From positions 1,184,001 through 1,248,000 of the forward strand of contig OZ242029.1 in NCBI GenBank assembly GCA_965205015.1: 64,000 nucleotides of DNA, read 5' to 3'. The position numbers and the translations under genes were made by a program. Shown piece by piece: positions 9,745 to 22,234 of the stretch; position 1 is the stretch's first letter, and every line of letters starts with the position of its first letter. The notes under the pieces are model-generated. The model was not told where the DNA came from. It saw only the letters and a list, made by a program, of their open reading frames with translations, and did not search any database. The stretch comes from Candidatus Poribacteria bacterium. Its GTDB lineage: Bacteria; Poribacteria; WGA-4E; WGA-3G.

Positions 9745-11652
9745 TTGAATGAGGATAAAATCTTGAGAGCTCTTCCCTTCACGGCTGTTACGATTAGCGA
9801 CGGGTTCTGGGCACCTCGGCAACAGACGAATTCCGAGGTAACGATTCCCCACGAATTGGCACAATGCCGAACAACAGGAAGAATCGATAACTTCGCGAAA
9901 GCCGCTGGTTTGATGTCTGGCGAATTTGAAGGCATTTTCTTCAACGACTCCGATGTCCACAAATGGGTAGAGGCGGCATCGTATACGCTTCGGACGCACC
10001 CGAACCCAGTATGGGAATCGGATCTGAATGACGTCATCGCAAAGATCGCCGCGAGTCAACAGTCTGATGGTTATCTGAACACCTACTTTACGCTGGTCGA
10101 GCCGACGAAGCGGTGGCAAAACCTCGGCATCATGCACGAACTCTACTGTGCCGGACATCTATTTGAAGCAGCCGTCGCGCATTATCAAGCCACCGGAAAG
10201 CGTATCCTCCTTGACGTTGCGTGCCGATTCGCAGACCTCATCGATAGTATCTTTGGACCCGATAAACGGGATGGTTTGCCCGGGCATGAAGGCATTGAAC
10301 TTGCGCTCGTGAAATTGGCAAGCGTTACAGGTGAAAAACGCTACTCGGCACTCGCGGAATACTTTGTCACCCGACGTGGGCATTCTCCCTCAGTCTTTGA
10401 GAAGGAATTAGAGAATCCGGACATTCCCGGTGGGCTCGAGGCGTATCGACATCACTTCACGCGCGACGGAAAATTTGAGGGGCATTACGCGCAAGCGCAT
10501 CTCCCGGTACAGGAACAGACAGAGTGTGTTGGACACGCCGTGCGTGCGATGTATCTTTACAGTGCCGCCGCCGACATCGCTTATGAGACGGGCGATACCG
10601 CAATCATAAACGCCTTGGAGGCGCTCTGGCGGAACGTCACAGAGAAACGCTTATATGTCACCGGTGGCGTGGGTCCTTCTGGACACAACGAAGGTTTCAC
10701 GAACGACTATGAGTTACCGAACGTCTCCGCCTACGCTGAAACATGTGCCTCTATTGGGCTGATATTCTGGGCACACCGAATGTTCCTACTGCGGGGTGAG
10801 TCGCGCTTTGTGGATGTACTAGAGACGGCACTTTATAACGGCGCGCTTTCTGGAATTTCGCTCGATGGCACGGGCTTCTTCTATCAGAATCCACTGGCAA
10901 GCCACGGCGGTCGGCATAGACACGAGTGGTTTGGCTGTGCCTGTTGTCCGCCGAATATCGCGCGACTTCTCGCATCTATCGGACAGTACGTTTATGCCGA
11001 ATCGGATGAAGGCGTATGGGTGAACCTATACATCGGCGGCACCGCTGACGCAACTGTTGCCGGCGACGTTTCGGTGAAAGTGACCCAAGAAACGGATTAT
11101 CCGTGGTCAGGCGAGGTCAAGATAAGGGTGGAACCGGAAACGTCTGTAAGGTTCGGATTGAATCTACGCATCCCGGCGTGGTGTGATGCGTTTGAAGTGT
11201 ACGTCAATGGATCCGCTCACAAGTTAGAAAGAGATGCTAACGGATATCTCTCCATTCAGCGACAATGGCATGCGAAGGACACAGTTCGTCTGACGCTCAC
11301 CCTGCCTATTGAGCGGATCTACGCACATCCACTTGTTAAAGAAAATCTCGGCAGATTTGCGCTGCGCCGCGGTCCCTTGGTCTACTGCTTTGAGGATGTA
11401 GACAATCCCGATGGCGTTTTTCAGACGTTGGCGCTGGCAGACGATGCCGACTTAGAAGCAGCGTTTGACAATGAGCTCTTGGGCGGCGTTACCCGCATCC
11501 ACGGTACAGGGAGGGTTCTTGATGCCGCCGATTGGGGTAATCACCTCTATCTACCTTCAAAACCTGCTTGGAAGCGCACAGACGTTACGGCAATCCCGTA
11601 TTACGCATGGTGTAATCGCGGCGCGGGACAGATGGCTGTGTGGGTTTTGTAG
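9745..11652 (+). CDS. Glycoside hydrolase family 127 (beta-L-arabinofuranosidase-like)
   Basis: FNDSDVHKW, HELYCAGH, GHAVRAMYL, AETCASIG, CACCPPN, IPYYAWCNRG. Confidence 0.95.
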   Translation: MNEDKILRALPFTAVTISDGFWAPRQQTNSEVTIPHELAQCRTTGRIDNFAKAAGLMSGEFEGIFFNDSDVHKWVEAASYTLRTHPNPVWESDLNDVIAKIAASQQSDGYLNTYFTLVEPTKRWQNLGIMHELYCAGHLFEAAVAHYQATGKRILLDVACRFADLIDSIFGPDKRDGLPGHEGIELALVKLASVTGEKRYSALAEYFVTRRGHSPSVFEKELENPDIPGGLEAYRHHFTRDGKFEGHYAQAHLPVQEQTECVGHAVRAMYLYSAAADIAYETGDTAIINALEALWRNVTEKRLYVTGGVGPSGHNEGFTNDYELPNVSAYAETCASIGLIFWAHRMFLLRGESRFVDVLETALYNGALSGISLDGTGFFYQNPLASHGGRHRHEWFGCACCPPNIARLLASIGQYVYAESDEGVWVNLYIGGTADATVAGDVSVKVTQETDYPWSGEVKIRVEPETSVRFGLNLRIPAWCDAFEVYVNGSAHKLERDANGYLSIQRQWHAKDTVRLTLTLPIERIYAHPLVKENLGRFALRRGPLVYCFEDVDNPDGVFQTLALADDADLEAAFDNELLGGVTRIHGTGRVLDAADWGNHLYLPSKPAWKRTDVTAIPYYAWCNRGAGQMAVWVL

Positions 11653-11664
11653 TTTCCTCCTTTC

Positions 11665-13794
11665 TTATTCGAGGACTGGCGCATGCAGAGCAGGCGCGGA
11701 AGCACTGGCGTCTATGGCACCCGCCACCAAGACAAGGTCTTGTATATTGACAATCCCATCACGATTGACATCCGCAGGATTACTTCCCGATTTCCCAAGA
11801 TTTGATGCGATCAATACAAGGTCTTGGATGTTAACAACATCATCCCCAGTGACATCCTCTTTGCGTCTTATAGGTTCAATCGCATCTGATACAGGTTCAG
11901 TGGCCTCCGACATCGTAGACGGGTTGAGTTCCCATACGAGTACCGTGCCGTCCTTACTCCCAGTTGCGATGAGATTGCCATCTGGACCAAACGATACGCT
12001 GTCAACATCATCCACATGCCCAGCGAGCGTGCGGCGCTCGCTCCCCGTGTCCACATCCCACAGACGGGCGGTGCCGTCCCAACTCGCGGTTGCAACGGTC
12101 GTCCCATCTGGACTATACGATACGCTGACGATCGCCGCCTTATGTCCGGTGAGCTCGTGGAGTTCACTCCCCGTGTTCGCATCCCAAAGGCGGGCGGTGC
12201 CGTCATAACTTCCGCTTAGGATGATCGTCCCATCCGGACTAAACAATACGCTGGCGACCCCATCCCTATGCCCGGTGAGCTCGTGGAGTTCACTCCCCGT
12301 GTTCGCATCCCACAGGCGGGCGGTATGGTCATAACTTCCGCTGACGATGGTCATCCCATCTGGACTAAACGCTGCACTTCTGACCCAATGTGTATGCCCA
12401 GTGAGGGTGCGAAGATGGTTACCTGTGTTCACATCCCACAGACGGACGGTGTTGTCACCACTCGCGGTTGCGATCATCGTCCCATCCGCACTAAACGATA
12501 CATCTCTGATCCAATCCGCATGCCCAGAGAGCGTGCGGCGCTCGCTCCCCGTGTTCACATCCCACAGACGGGCGGTGTCGTCATAACTCCCGCTGGCGAT
12601 CATCGTCCCATCTGGACTAAAGGATAGACTGTTGACCCAATCCCTATGCCCGGTGAGCTCGTGGAGGGGATCACTCGCGTTCACATCCCAGAGACGAACA
12701 GCATGGTCCACACTCCCACTGGCGATCGTCGTACCATCCGGACTCATCGATACAGCGATGACCCCATCCGTATACCCGGTAAGGGTGCGGAGGGGATCCC
12801 CTGTGTCTGCATCCCACAGACGGACGGTGCCATCCCGACTTCCACTGGCGATCGTCGCTCCATCCGGACTCATCGATACATCTCTGACCCAATTCTTATG
12901 CCCAGTGAGGGTGCGGAGGGGATCCCCTGTGTTCGCATCCCACAGACGGGCGGTGTCGTCATAACTCCCGCTGGCGATCATCGTCCCATCCGCACTAAAC
13001 GATACGCTGGTGACTGTCGTCCTATGCTCGGTGAGGGTGCGGAGGGGATCCCCCGTGCTCGCATCCCACAGACGGATGATGAGGTCCGCAGCTGCGACGG
13101 TGGTGCCATCCGGACTAAACGCTACGCTATTGACCCCAATCCTCTGATGCCCGGTGAGCGTGTGGCGCTCCCTACCCGTGTTCACATCCCACAGACGGAC
13201 GGTGCGGTCTTCACCCCCGCTCGCGACGGTGGTGCCATCCGGACTAAACGCTACGCTGGTGATCCCAGGTCTAACAAGACTTCTGCCCGACTTCGTATGC
13301 CCAGTGAGGGTGCGGAGGGGACCCCCTGTGTTCACATCCCACAGACGGACGGTGTTGTCTGCACCTCCGCTCGCGAGGGTCGTGCCATCCGCACTAAACG
13401 CTACGCTGAAGACCCTATTCGTATGCCCGGTGAGCGTGTGGAGGGGACCCCCTGTGTTCGCATCCCACAGGCGGATGTCACTGTCTTCACCCCCGCTGGC
13501 CATGGTGGTGCCATCTGGACTAAACGCTATGCAGTTGACGCCAGACGTATGGCCCCTGATCAGTTCAAGTTCTTCGCCTGTCTGGGCGTCGTAGATCCAA
13601 ATACCGATATTACTTACGACTGCCAGGTGTGTGCCGTCCGGCGAATACTTTATTTGATTTATCTTGCCTTTGCCGAGACGTGCTTTAGCACCTTCGGGTA
13701 ATCCCAACGTTGTGTAATCTTGTGCAAAGGTGTTTGCCACGTCAGCAAATATCGCCAAAAGTAGAACTAAAATCGAAAATAGTGTAATTTTCAT
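11665..13794 (-). CDS. Secreted WD40-repeat protein with C-terminal dockerin-like domain
   Basis: Signal peptide, GLPEGAKARLGKG, about 13 GH..WD repeats (~126-bp DNA repeats), two EF-hand-like dockerin repeats (DVTGDDVVNIQDLV, DVNRDGIVNIQDLV). Confidence 0.92.
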   Translation of the reverse strand: MKITLFSILVLLLAIFADVANTFAQDYTTLGLPEGAKARLGKGKINQIKYSPDGTHLAVVSNIGIWIYDAQTGEELELIRGHTSGVNCIAFSPDGTTMASGGEDSDIRLWDANTGGPLHTLTGHTNRVFSVAFSADGTTLASGGADNTVRLWDVNTGGPLRTLTGHTKSGRSLVRPGITSVAFSPDGTTVASGGEDRTVRLWDVNTGRERHTLTGHQRIGVNSVAFSPDGTTVAAADLIIRLWDASTGDPLRTLTEHRTTVTSVSFSADGTMIASGSYDDTARLWDANTGDPLRTLTGHKNWVRDVSMSPDGATIASGSRDGTVRLWDADTGDPLRTLTGYTDGVIAVSMSPDGTTIASGSVDHAVRLWDVNASDPLHELTGHRDWVNSLSFSPDGTMIASGSYDDTARLWDVNTGSERRTLSGHADWIRDVSFSADGTMIATASGDNTVRLWDVNTGNHLRTLTGHTHWVRSAAFSPDGMTIVSGSYDHTARLWDANTGSELHELTGHRDGVASVLFSPDGTIILSGSYDGTARLWDANTGSELHELTGHKAAIVSVSYSPDGTTVATASWDGTARLWDVDTGSERRTLAGHVDDVDSVSFGPDGNLIATGSKDGTVLVWELNPSTMSEATEPVSDAIEPIRRKEDVTGDDVVNIQDLVLIASNLGKSGSNPADVNRDGIVNIQDLVLVAGAIDASASAPALHAPVLE

Positions 13795-13926
13795 GCGTAA
13801 TTTCCCCTTATATCACGTCTTTTAACATTAAACATTAAACAGTGTAATAGGGTTTACATCCTCTGTTATTAAAGACGAATTTCGAGGTCGAAAAGGTGCA
13901 ACATGAAAAACAATTGTATAGCTAAC

Positions 13927-14040
13927 AGGACTTACGCAATTTGCGAGTGATACGCTACAGTTCACACGCCGCTGGCGAGGTGTTTTTGCTGGGGTGTTTC
14001 CCCTAGAAACCTCGCCGGCACAGGGTGCTGCGTAAGTCCT
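13927..14040. mobile_element. 114-bp MITE-like element with AGGACTTACGCA terminal inverted repeats
   Basis: Perfect 12-bp TIR; encloses a GGCGAGG..CCTCGCC REP; relatives at 45515-45603 and 45763-45983, partial copies at 17098-17109 and 36911-36969. Confidence 0.75.
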
Positions 14041-14306
14041 ATCTAACGATGACTGTTGCGAAGAGAGGCTAACTTTCACGGAGGCTTCACGGAGGTTTAC
14101 ACGGATATAGGCGTGACGTGGGTCGCCAAGACGCAATACGTCCCTTCTCCGTGAAAAAACGGATGTGAAAATAGGATTAACATATAGTATCAGTATTTTT
14201 ATGGGAGATTTTAGGGGGGAGAGCACATTGTCTGAATCGTCTGAATCGGGATTCATGGGATCGATGGAATAGAAAAAACTGCCTGAGCGTGTGTAGAAGG
14301 GAACCG

Positions 14307-14693
14307 CTAACACGCTTTAATGAACGCGAGAATCACGCCGATAACGGCGACTTCAGCCCCAATGACCCATTTGAGGGTTCCAATCCCGGTCTCGATGCGT
14401 TCTACACGGCGCCCGAGGTCATCAACCTTTCCATCGAGACGGCGCCCGAGGTCATCAATCTTTCCATCGAGACGGCGCCCGAGGTCATCAATCTTTCCAT
14501 CAAGGGTATCCAACTTTTCGTTCGTCGCGTCAAGGGCTGTTTGATCGGCTTTTGTTTCAATCAAGCGGTCCATACGTCCATCAAGACGGTCCATACGTCC
14601 ATCAAGACGGTCCATACGTCCATCAAGACGATCCAGTCGGACGTTTATCTGTTTTAGCGTCTGAAGCAGTAGATCGTTGAAATGATTTGCCAT
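14307..14693 (-). CDS. Small coiled-coil protein with tandem repeats and C-terminal TM helix
   Basis: (RLDGRMD)n 21-bp and (LDGKIDDLGRR)n 33-bp repeats, hydrophobic C-terminus, AAGGAGG RBS and promoter upstream. Confidence 0.8.
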   Translation of the reverse strand: MANHFNDLLLQTLKQINVRLDRLDGRMDRLDGRMDRLDGRMDRLIETKADQTALDATNEKLDTLDGKIDDLGRRLDGKIDDLGRRLDGKVDDLGRRVERIETGIGTLKWVIGAEVAVIGVILAFIKAC

Positions 14694-14714
14694 TGGAAAT
14701 CCCTCCTTCGTTGT

Positions 14715-14744
14715 ATTTTAGCAGAAGTGGCTGATGGCTGTCAA
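14715..14744 (-). promoter_or_regulatory. sigma70-like promoter
   Basis: TTGACA-18-TAAAAT with extended TG upstream of 14693. Confidence 0.6.
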
Positions 14745-14778
14745 GCAATAATTTCAGATTACGGTAGTTCCTACAATT

Positions 14779-14974
14779 AAATGGACATCCAAGAGTTGGC
14801 GAGGTTACAAACCTCGCCAGCGGCAGCGCAAATGAACACCCAAGAGTTGGCGAGGTTACAAACCTCGCCAGCGGCGGCGCAAATGAACACCCAAGAGTTG
14901 GCGAGGTTACAAACCTCGCCAGCAGCGGCGCGGGATTTTGTTGGCGAGGTTACAAACCTCGCCAGCGGCGGCGC
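14779..14974. repeat. Tandem array of 51-bp units containing the GGCGAGGTTACAAACCTCGCC palindrome (3 full units plus 1 partial)
   Basis: Directly visible near-identical units; spacers are not unique, so not CRISPR. Confidence 0.9.
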
Positions 14975-15055
14975 GGGGTTTTGTGTTTTAGAGCGTGTTC
15001 ACTTATTTCTGGGTTTTACTATAGATTCTGCCGTAGGGGTTGGGTTACCCACCCC

Positions 15056-16918
15056 CTACCGATGGAATCGGCGTTCCAATTCATCGCGCCCCATCTCAAC
15101 GATGATCGGACGTGAGTGCGGGCAGTTGAAGGGGAGTTTCGCCTCGGATAGCTCCTTGATGAGGTTCATCATCTCCTTGGTATCCAATGTATCCCCGGCT
15201 TTGACAGCCGATTTACAGGCGAGCGTTATCAAGGCATTGTCGATCGCCTCTGGGAGTTGTACGTCGGTATGGGGTTCTTCGGGAAGTTTGTCGAGCAGAT
15301 CGGTGACCGTCTGCGCGGCGATGCGGGTTGGTAAAGACGACGGAATCGCACGAATGAGGATCGTATTCCCGCCGAATTCTTCCAGATCGAAACCGAGTTT
15401 CTTGAAGATGTCGCCGTGAATTTTGAGGACCCCCAGCTGCTGCGGTGTAACTTCTAAAGTCACCGGTAGTAGTAACCCCTGCACAGGAATCCCATCGGTT
15501 TTGACCTGGTTAACAAAACGTTCATAAAGGACGCGTTCGGCAGCAACGTGTTGATCGATAAAGAAGATTTTATCTCCCGCCTCAACGACAATGTAGGTTT
15601 TAAAGAGGTTCGTCTTGAGTTGGACGTTCTCAAAGTCGAGCAGCCTGAGATTTGCATCGTCAGCAATCTGCTGCTGCGGTGGCTGTACAACGATTTCAGG
15701 AGATGTAGATGGCGTTTGCGCTTCCGAAGCCTGATCCGTGTCTTCCGTCTCCTGTGGTGTGACAGGCGGCGTTTGCATGCGATGTGCCTGCGGGATAGAC
15801 GTTGTTCGTTGCCCAGTACCGGATGGGGATCCCGGTGTAGAGCCTCCTCGGGGTAGACTGACATCACGATTCTTAGTGTTTTCCTCGGCGTGTGTCGGTT
15901 CGATGGGCGTTTCAATTTTGGGGATATATTTTGTTTTATGGAGCGCGTCACGCAGCATCCGGACGACCCCACTATAAATCGTCCGCTCGTTCCGAAAGCG
16001 CACCTCGATTTTGGCGGGATGCACATTAACGTCAACCGTTTCGGGTTCCAACGTGAGGAAAAGGAGTGCAACAGGCTGCCTGTCTTTGGCAACCATGGCG
16101 TCGAGTGCTTCCGTTAACGCCGCGCCGATGATACGGCTGCGTATCGGTCGCTGATTGAGGAAAAAGAGTTGATACTCTCGATTCGGCTTGGTAAATTCGG
16201 GTTTACCGAGCAGACCATACATCTTCAGGTCAGGCAACGCCTCCGTAAATTCGATGAGGTTTTCAGCGAACTCTCTGCCGTAGAGGAGGCGAACGCGTTC
16301 GAGGTACGAATCACAGGAACGGACGTCAAGGATCGATCTGCCGTTGTGTGTCAGCGAAAAATGGATCTTCGGATGCGCGAGTGCCGCCCATGTCACCTGA
16401 TTCGCGATATGATTCATCTCGGTCGTATCGGTTTTGAGGAATTTCAGGCGTGCGGGGACATTGTAGAAGAGGTTGTTAGCGGACATGTGGGTGCCGGGAG
16501 AACATCCACTCTCCTGCACAGAACGAAAAACGCCGCCCTCAACGTCCACCTTTGTTCCCTCAAGCGCGTCAGCGGTACGGGTGAGCAGCTCAAATTGCGA
16601 AACGGAGGCGATACTTGCCAAGGCTTCGCCGCGGAACCCAAAAGTATGAATACGCGCAAGGTCTTCAATCCGGTTCACTTTGCTCGTTGCATGGCGTTCC
16701 AAGGCAAGGAGTGCATCCTCGCGTTCCATCCCGAGACCGTTATCAGACACACGGATGAGGCGTTTCCCACCGGCTCGAACTTCAACGCGGATTGAGGTGC
16801 TTCCTGCATCTATAGCATTTTCAATGAGTTCTTTGACGACGGACGCAGGACGTTCAACGACTTCACCTGCGGCAATCTTATTCGCAACATCTGCAGAGAG
16901 TATCTTAATTTTTGGCAT
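15056..16918 (-). CDS. mutL: DNA mismatch repair endonuclease MutL
   Basis: IAAGEVVERPASVVKELIENAIDA, GFRGEAL, DQHVAAERVLYE, ACKSAVK, CPHSRP. Confidence 0.97.
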   Translation of the reverse strand: MPKIKILSADVANKIAAGEVVERPASVVKELIENAIDAGSTSIRVEVRAGGKRLIRVSDNGLGMEREDALLALERHATSKVNRIEDLARIHTFGFRGEALASIASVSQFELLTRTADALEGTKVDVEGGVFRSVQESGCSPGTHMSANNLFYNVPARLKFLKTDTTEMNHIANQVTWAALAHPKIHFSLTHNGRSILDVRSCDSYLERVRLLYGREFAENLIEFTEALPDLKMYGLLGKPEFTKPNREYQLFFLNQRPIRSRIIGAALTEALDAMVAKDRQPVALLFLTLEPETVDVNVHPAKIEVRFRNERTIYSGVVRMLRDALHKTKYIPKIETPIEPTHAEENTKNRDVSLPRGGSTPGSPSGTGQRTTSIPQAHRMQTPPVTPQETEDTDQASEAQTPSTSPEIVVQPPQQQIADDANLRLLDFENVQLKTNLFKTYIVVEAGDKIFFIDQHVAAERVLYERFVNQVKTDGIPVQGLLLPVTLEVTPQQLGVLKIHGDIFKKLGFDLEEFGGNTILIRAIPSSLPTRIAAQTVTDLLDKLPEEPHTDVQLPEAIDNALITLACKSAVKAGDTLDTKEMMNLIKELSEAKLPFNCPHSRPIIVEMGRDELERRFHR

Positions 16919-17116
16919 TTTTTAATTTTACCTTGCGGAGAAACAGAGTGCGTTTGGAACTTCGACGTGCCTTCCTCATATCCGCCTGCGTGTTTTTGCA
17001 AACGCTAAAATCCAATGCGAAGAAAGTGTTTCTGCGTATTGTTGCAGGCTGCGGTCTCGCGGCACAACTTAACAGGTTATGCTACAAAAGAGCAACGTGC
17101 GTAAGTCCTAAGAAAA

Positions 17117-19213
17117 CTATTCCTGATACAGATAACAATGGCATGAGTGTATCTGTGTAAAATCGGTTGCACCCGGATATTCGTCTTTACAAATCGGCAT
17201 TACTTCTGGGCATCGTGGATGGAAATGACATCCAGACGGTCGATTGATGGGGGAAGGCACATCACCTTCCAATCGAATCTTTTCAACCCCCGTCTGTTCA
17301 TCCATCTTCGGTACAGCGGAGAGGAGCGCCCGCGTATAAGGATGTTTCGGTGAATCGAAAATCTCCTCTGTTGTCCCACGCTCAACGATCCTACCGAGGT
17401 ACATCACCGCGACTTCATCCGCAAAGTACTCAACAACGGAAAGGTTATGCGTGATGAAGAGGTAGGTGAGATTAAAATCAACCTGCAGCGATTTCAACAG
17501 ATTGAGTATTTGCGCTTGCACGGACACATCTAATGCGCTGGTCGCCTCGTCACAAACAATGAACTCCGGATTGATAGCGAGGCACCGTGCAATGCCGATG
17601 CGCTGTCTTTGACCCCCGGAAAATTCGTGTGGATAGCGGGATACCATATCTGGAGATAAACCAACACGACGCATCAATTCTGCGACCTGCGTCTGTCGTT
17701 CCTCGTCAGATGTGCCAATACCGTGTGCCTGCATCCCCTCCTGAATAATAGCACCAACGGGCATCCGTGGATTAAGGGAGGCGTAAGGATCTTGGAAGAT
17801 AATTTGCATCCGTTTCCGATATGGATGCATCTGTTGCCGGGTAGTCGTAGCGATGTTGACACCATCATAAACGAGGTCGCCGTTGACAGGCACGCCCAAT
17901 CGGAGAATCGCTTTGCCAAAGGAGGTCTTTCCGGATCCAGATTCTCCGACGAGTGCGAGCGTTTTGCCGCGTGGAATATCAAGGGTAACAGCATCAACGG
18001 CGTAAACATAACCGACCGTCCGTTTGAAGATGCCTTTCTGAATAGGGTAGTGAACACACAGATCCTTCACCTGAAGCAGATTGGACGGGTGGACGGGTGG
18101 AAGGGCGGAAGGATGGGTCCGCACGCGTCCCTCCTTCCCCGTTTCCATTCCAGTCTCTTCCACGCTTCCATCCGATAATCTTCCTTTCGTTTCGAGCACC
18201 AATTTTGTGGCCCCGGTGAGTTTCGCATTGAAGGGCGGTTCAGGATTGTAGAGATGACAAGCGACACTGTGTGCGCTCCCGTTGACAGCATGTAGCGTAG
18301 GGACAATGGTATCGCAGCCGTCCATGACTTTTGGACACCGATCCGCGAATCGGCAGCCGTCATTATATTCGGTTGCTTTCGGAACTCTACCGCTAATTGT
18401 GTGCAATTCCGTTCCGCGTTTATCCCGCGCCGGTGTTGATTCGAGGAGTTTTACCGTGTAAGGGTGCTGTGGCGTTTCATAGAGTTGTTGCCATGTTCCC
18501 ATCTCAGCAATCTTTCCGGCGTACATAACAGCAACCCGGTCAGCGATGTTGGCGACGACTCCCAAATCATGCGTAATCAGGAGGACTGCCATTTGCAATT
18601 CCTGCTGGAGGCGTTGGATAAGTTCGAGGATCTGTGCCTGTATGGTGACATCGAGTGCGGTTGTGGGTTCATCGGCGATGAGGAGCCCTGGACGACACGA
18701 GAGCGCCATCGCAATCATGACGCGCTGCTTCATACCGCCTGACATTTGGTGCGGATATTCGCCGTAACGGGCAGCCGGTTCCGGAATCCCGACGCGATCG
18801 AGCATCTCAATCGCTGCATTCCTGGCAGCGACACCGCGCAGGTTCTGATGTTCCTGGATTGCCTCTGAAATCTGGTTGCCGATGGTGAAAACAGGGTTGA
18901 GACTGGTCATCGGTTCTTGGAATACCATGGCGATGTCGTTGCCTTGGATCTTCCGCTTATCAACTTCAGACAAACGTGTGATGTCTTGCCCTTTATAATA
19001 GATAGCACCGTCGGCGATGAACCCAGCGGGTTGCGCGATGAGTTGAATGATAGAGAGTGCCGTGACGCTTTTACCACACCCCGATTCCCCAACGAGCGCG
19101 AAAATTTCGTTCGGTTTAATGTCAAAAGAGATGCCATCAACGGCTCGGGCAAGTCCTTCGGGGGTGCGAAAATGGGTTTTGAGGTTTTGTACGCTGAGCA
19201 ATGTGTCGTCCAT
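17117..19213 (-). CDS. Fused double-domain oligopeptide/dipeptide ABC transporter ATPase
   Basis: Two GESGxGKS/T Walker A motifs, two SGGxxQR signatures, two C-terminal Cys-rich oligo_HPY regions. Confidence 0.95.
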   Translation of the reverse strand: MDDTLLSVQNLKTHFRTPEGLARAVDGISFDIKPNEIFALVGESGCGKSVTALSIIQLIAQPAGFIADGAIYYKGQDITRLSEVDKRKIQGNDIAMVFQEPMTSLNPVFTIGNQISEAIQEHQNLRGVAARNAAIEMLDRVGIPEPAARYGEYPHQMSGGMKQRVMIAMALSCRPGLLIADEPTTALDVTIQAQILELIQRLQQELQMAVLLITHDLGVVANIADRVAVMYAGKIAEMGTWQQLYETPQHPYTVKLLESTPARDKRGTELHTISGRVPKATEYNDGCRFADRCPKVMDGCDTIVPTLHAVNGSAHSVACHLYNPEPPFNAKLTGATKLVLETKGRLSDGSVEETGMETGKEGRVRTHPSALPPVHPSNLLQVKDLCVHYPIQKGIFKRTVGYVYAVDAVTLDIPRGKTLALVGESGSGKTSFGKAILRLGVPVNGDLVYDGVNIATTTRQQMHPYRKRMQIIFQDPYASLNPRMPVGAIIQEGMQAHGIGTSDEERQTQVAELMRRVGLSPDMVSRYPHEFSGGQRQRIGIARCLAINPEFIVCDEATSALDVSVQAQILNLLKSLQVDFNLTYLFITHNLSVVEYFADEVAVMYLGRIVERGTTEEIFDSPKHPYTRALLSAVPKMDEQTGVEKIRLEGDVPSPINRPSGCHFHPRCPEVMPICKDEYPGATDFTQIHSCHCYLYQE

Positions 19214-19219
19214 AGGGTT

Positions 19220-19248
19220 ACTATAGCACGGAATTTAGTGAAAGTCAA
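19220..19248 (-). promoter_or_regulatory. sigma70-like promoter, probably leaderless transcript
   Basis: TTGACT-17-TATAGT ending 6 nt before ATG 19213; no SD. Confidence 0.55.
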
Positions 19249-19277
19249 AGGAAATCGAAAGCCTAAATTTTTTGTGG

Positions 19278-19306
19278 TTGACACGCACGCCCAAAAATGC
19301 TTTAAT
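19278..19306 (+). promoter_or_regulatory. sigma70-like promoter
   Basis: TTGACA-17-TTTAAT with extended TG. Confidence 0.6.
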
Positions 19307-19328
19307 ATCTCCAAAAGGAGACATCCTA

Positions 19329-19799
19329 ATGAAAACCATTCTCGTCCTCTCAACACTGTTTTCTGCGATCGCGCTACCCGCTCTCGGTGCGCTCACCGAC
19401 GCAGACCTCAATAAGATCCGCTTGATCGTCACAGAAGAAATCCAAGAGGAAATCAAACCCATAAAAGCCGACATCGCAACGCTAAAAGCCGACATGGCAG
19501 TGATGAAAACAGAAGTCGTAAATCTAAAAGAAACCTTCAATATCAAATTTGATAACGTTAATATCAAATTTGATAGCGTCAATAGCAAATTTGACGATGT
19601 TCAAAACAATTTCGACAGACAAAATAGCATCATCATTGCCTGTATTGGTATCCCTTTGGTGATCCTCGCCATCGGTGCAACAGTGTGGGGCATTTTAGCA
19701 CACAGGCGGAGTGGGAAAGATCGCGAACAGGAAAGAATAAACCAAGAACTTCGAGAAGAGATCGAAACGCTCAAACAACAGAAGATTGTAAGTCCCTGA
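19329..19799 (+). CDS. Exported coiled-coil membrane protein, LTDADLxKIRLIV family (paralogue 1)
   Basis: AAGGAG RBS, signal peptide, heptad repeats, TM helix, RINQELREEIETLKQQ tail. Confidence 0.8.
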   Translation: MKTILVLSTLFSAIALPALGALTDADLNKIRLIVTEEIQEEIKPIKADIATLKADMAVMKTEVVNLKETFNIKFDNVNIKFDSVNSKFDDVQNNFDRQNSIIIACIGIPLVILAIGATVWGILAHRRSGKDREQERINQELREEIETLKQQKIVSP

Positions 19800-19843
19800 C
19801 CAACAGAGTGTTCGGAAAAGTCCTAACGATAGGAGATACGATC

Positions 19844-22218
<2,375 letters not shown>

Positions 22219-22234
22219 GCGCGGTTTGATGCGG

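Noticed and set aside
12646-13701. 351-aa + strand repetitive ORF and other long antisense ORFs
   Set aside because: Shadow frames of the WD40 repeats or other clearly real opposite-strand genes
13828-14313. 161-aa ORF
   Set aside because: Crosses MITE/REP sequence, with no RBS or protein-like motif
14779-14974. CRISPR-like array of palindromic repeats
   Set aside because: Intervening sequences are near-identical, the repeat is a dispersed REP family, and no cas genes are present
14781-15419. 212-aa ORF with MNTQELARLQTSPAAAQ repeats
   Set aside because: Translation of the REP array running antisense into mutL
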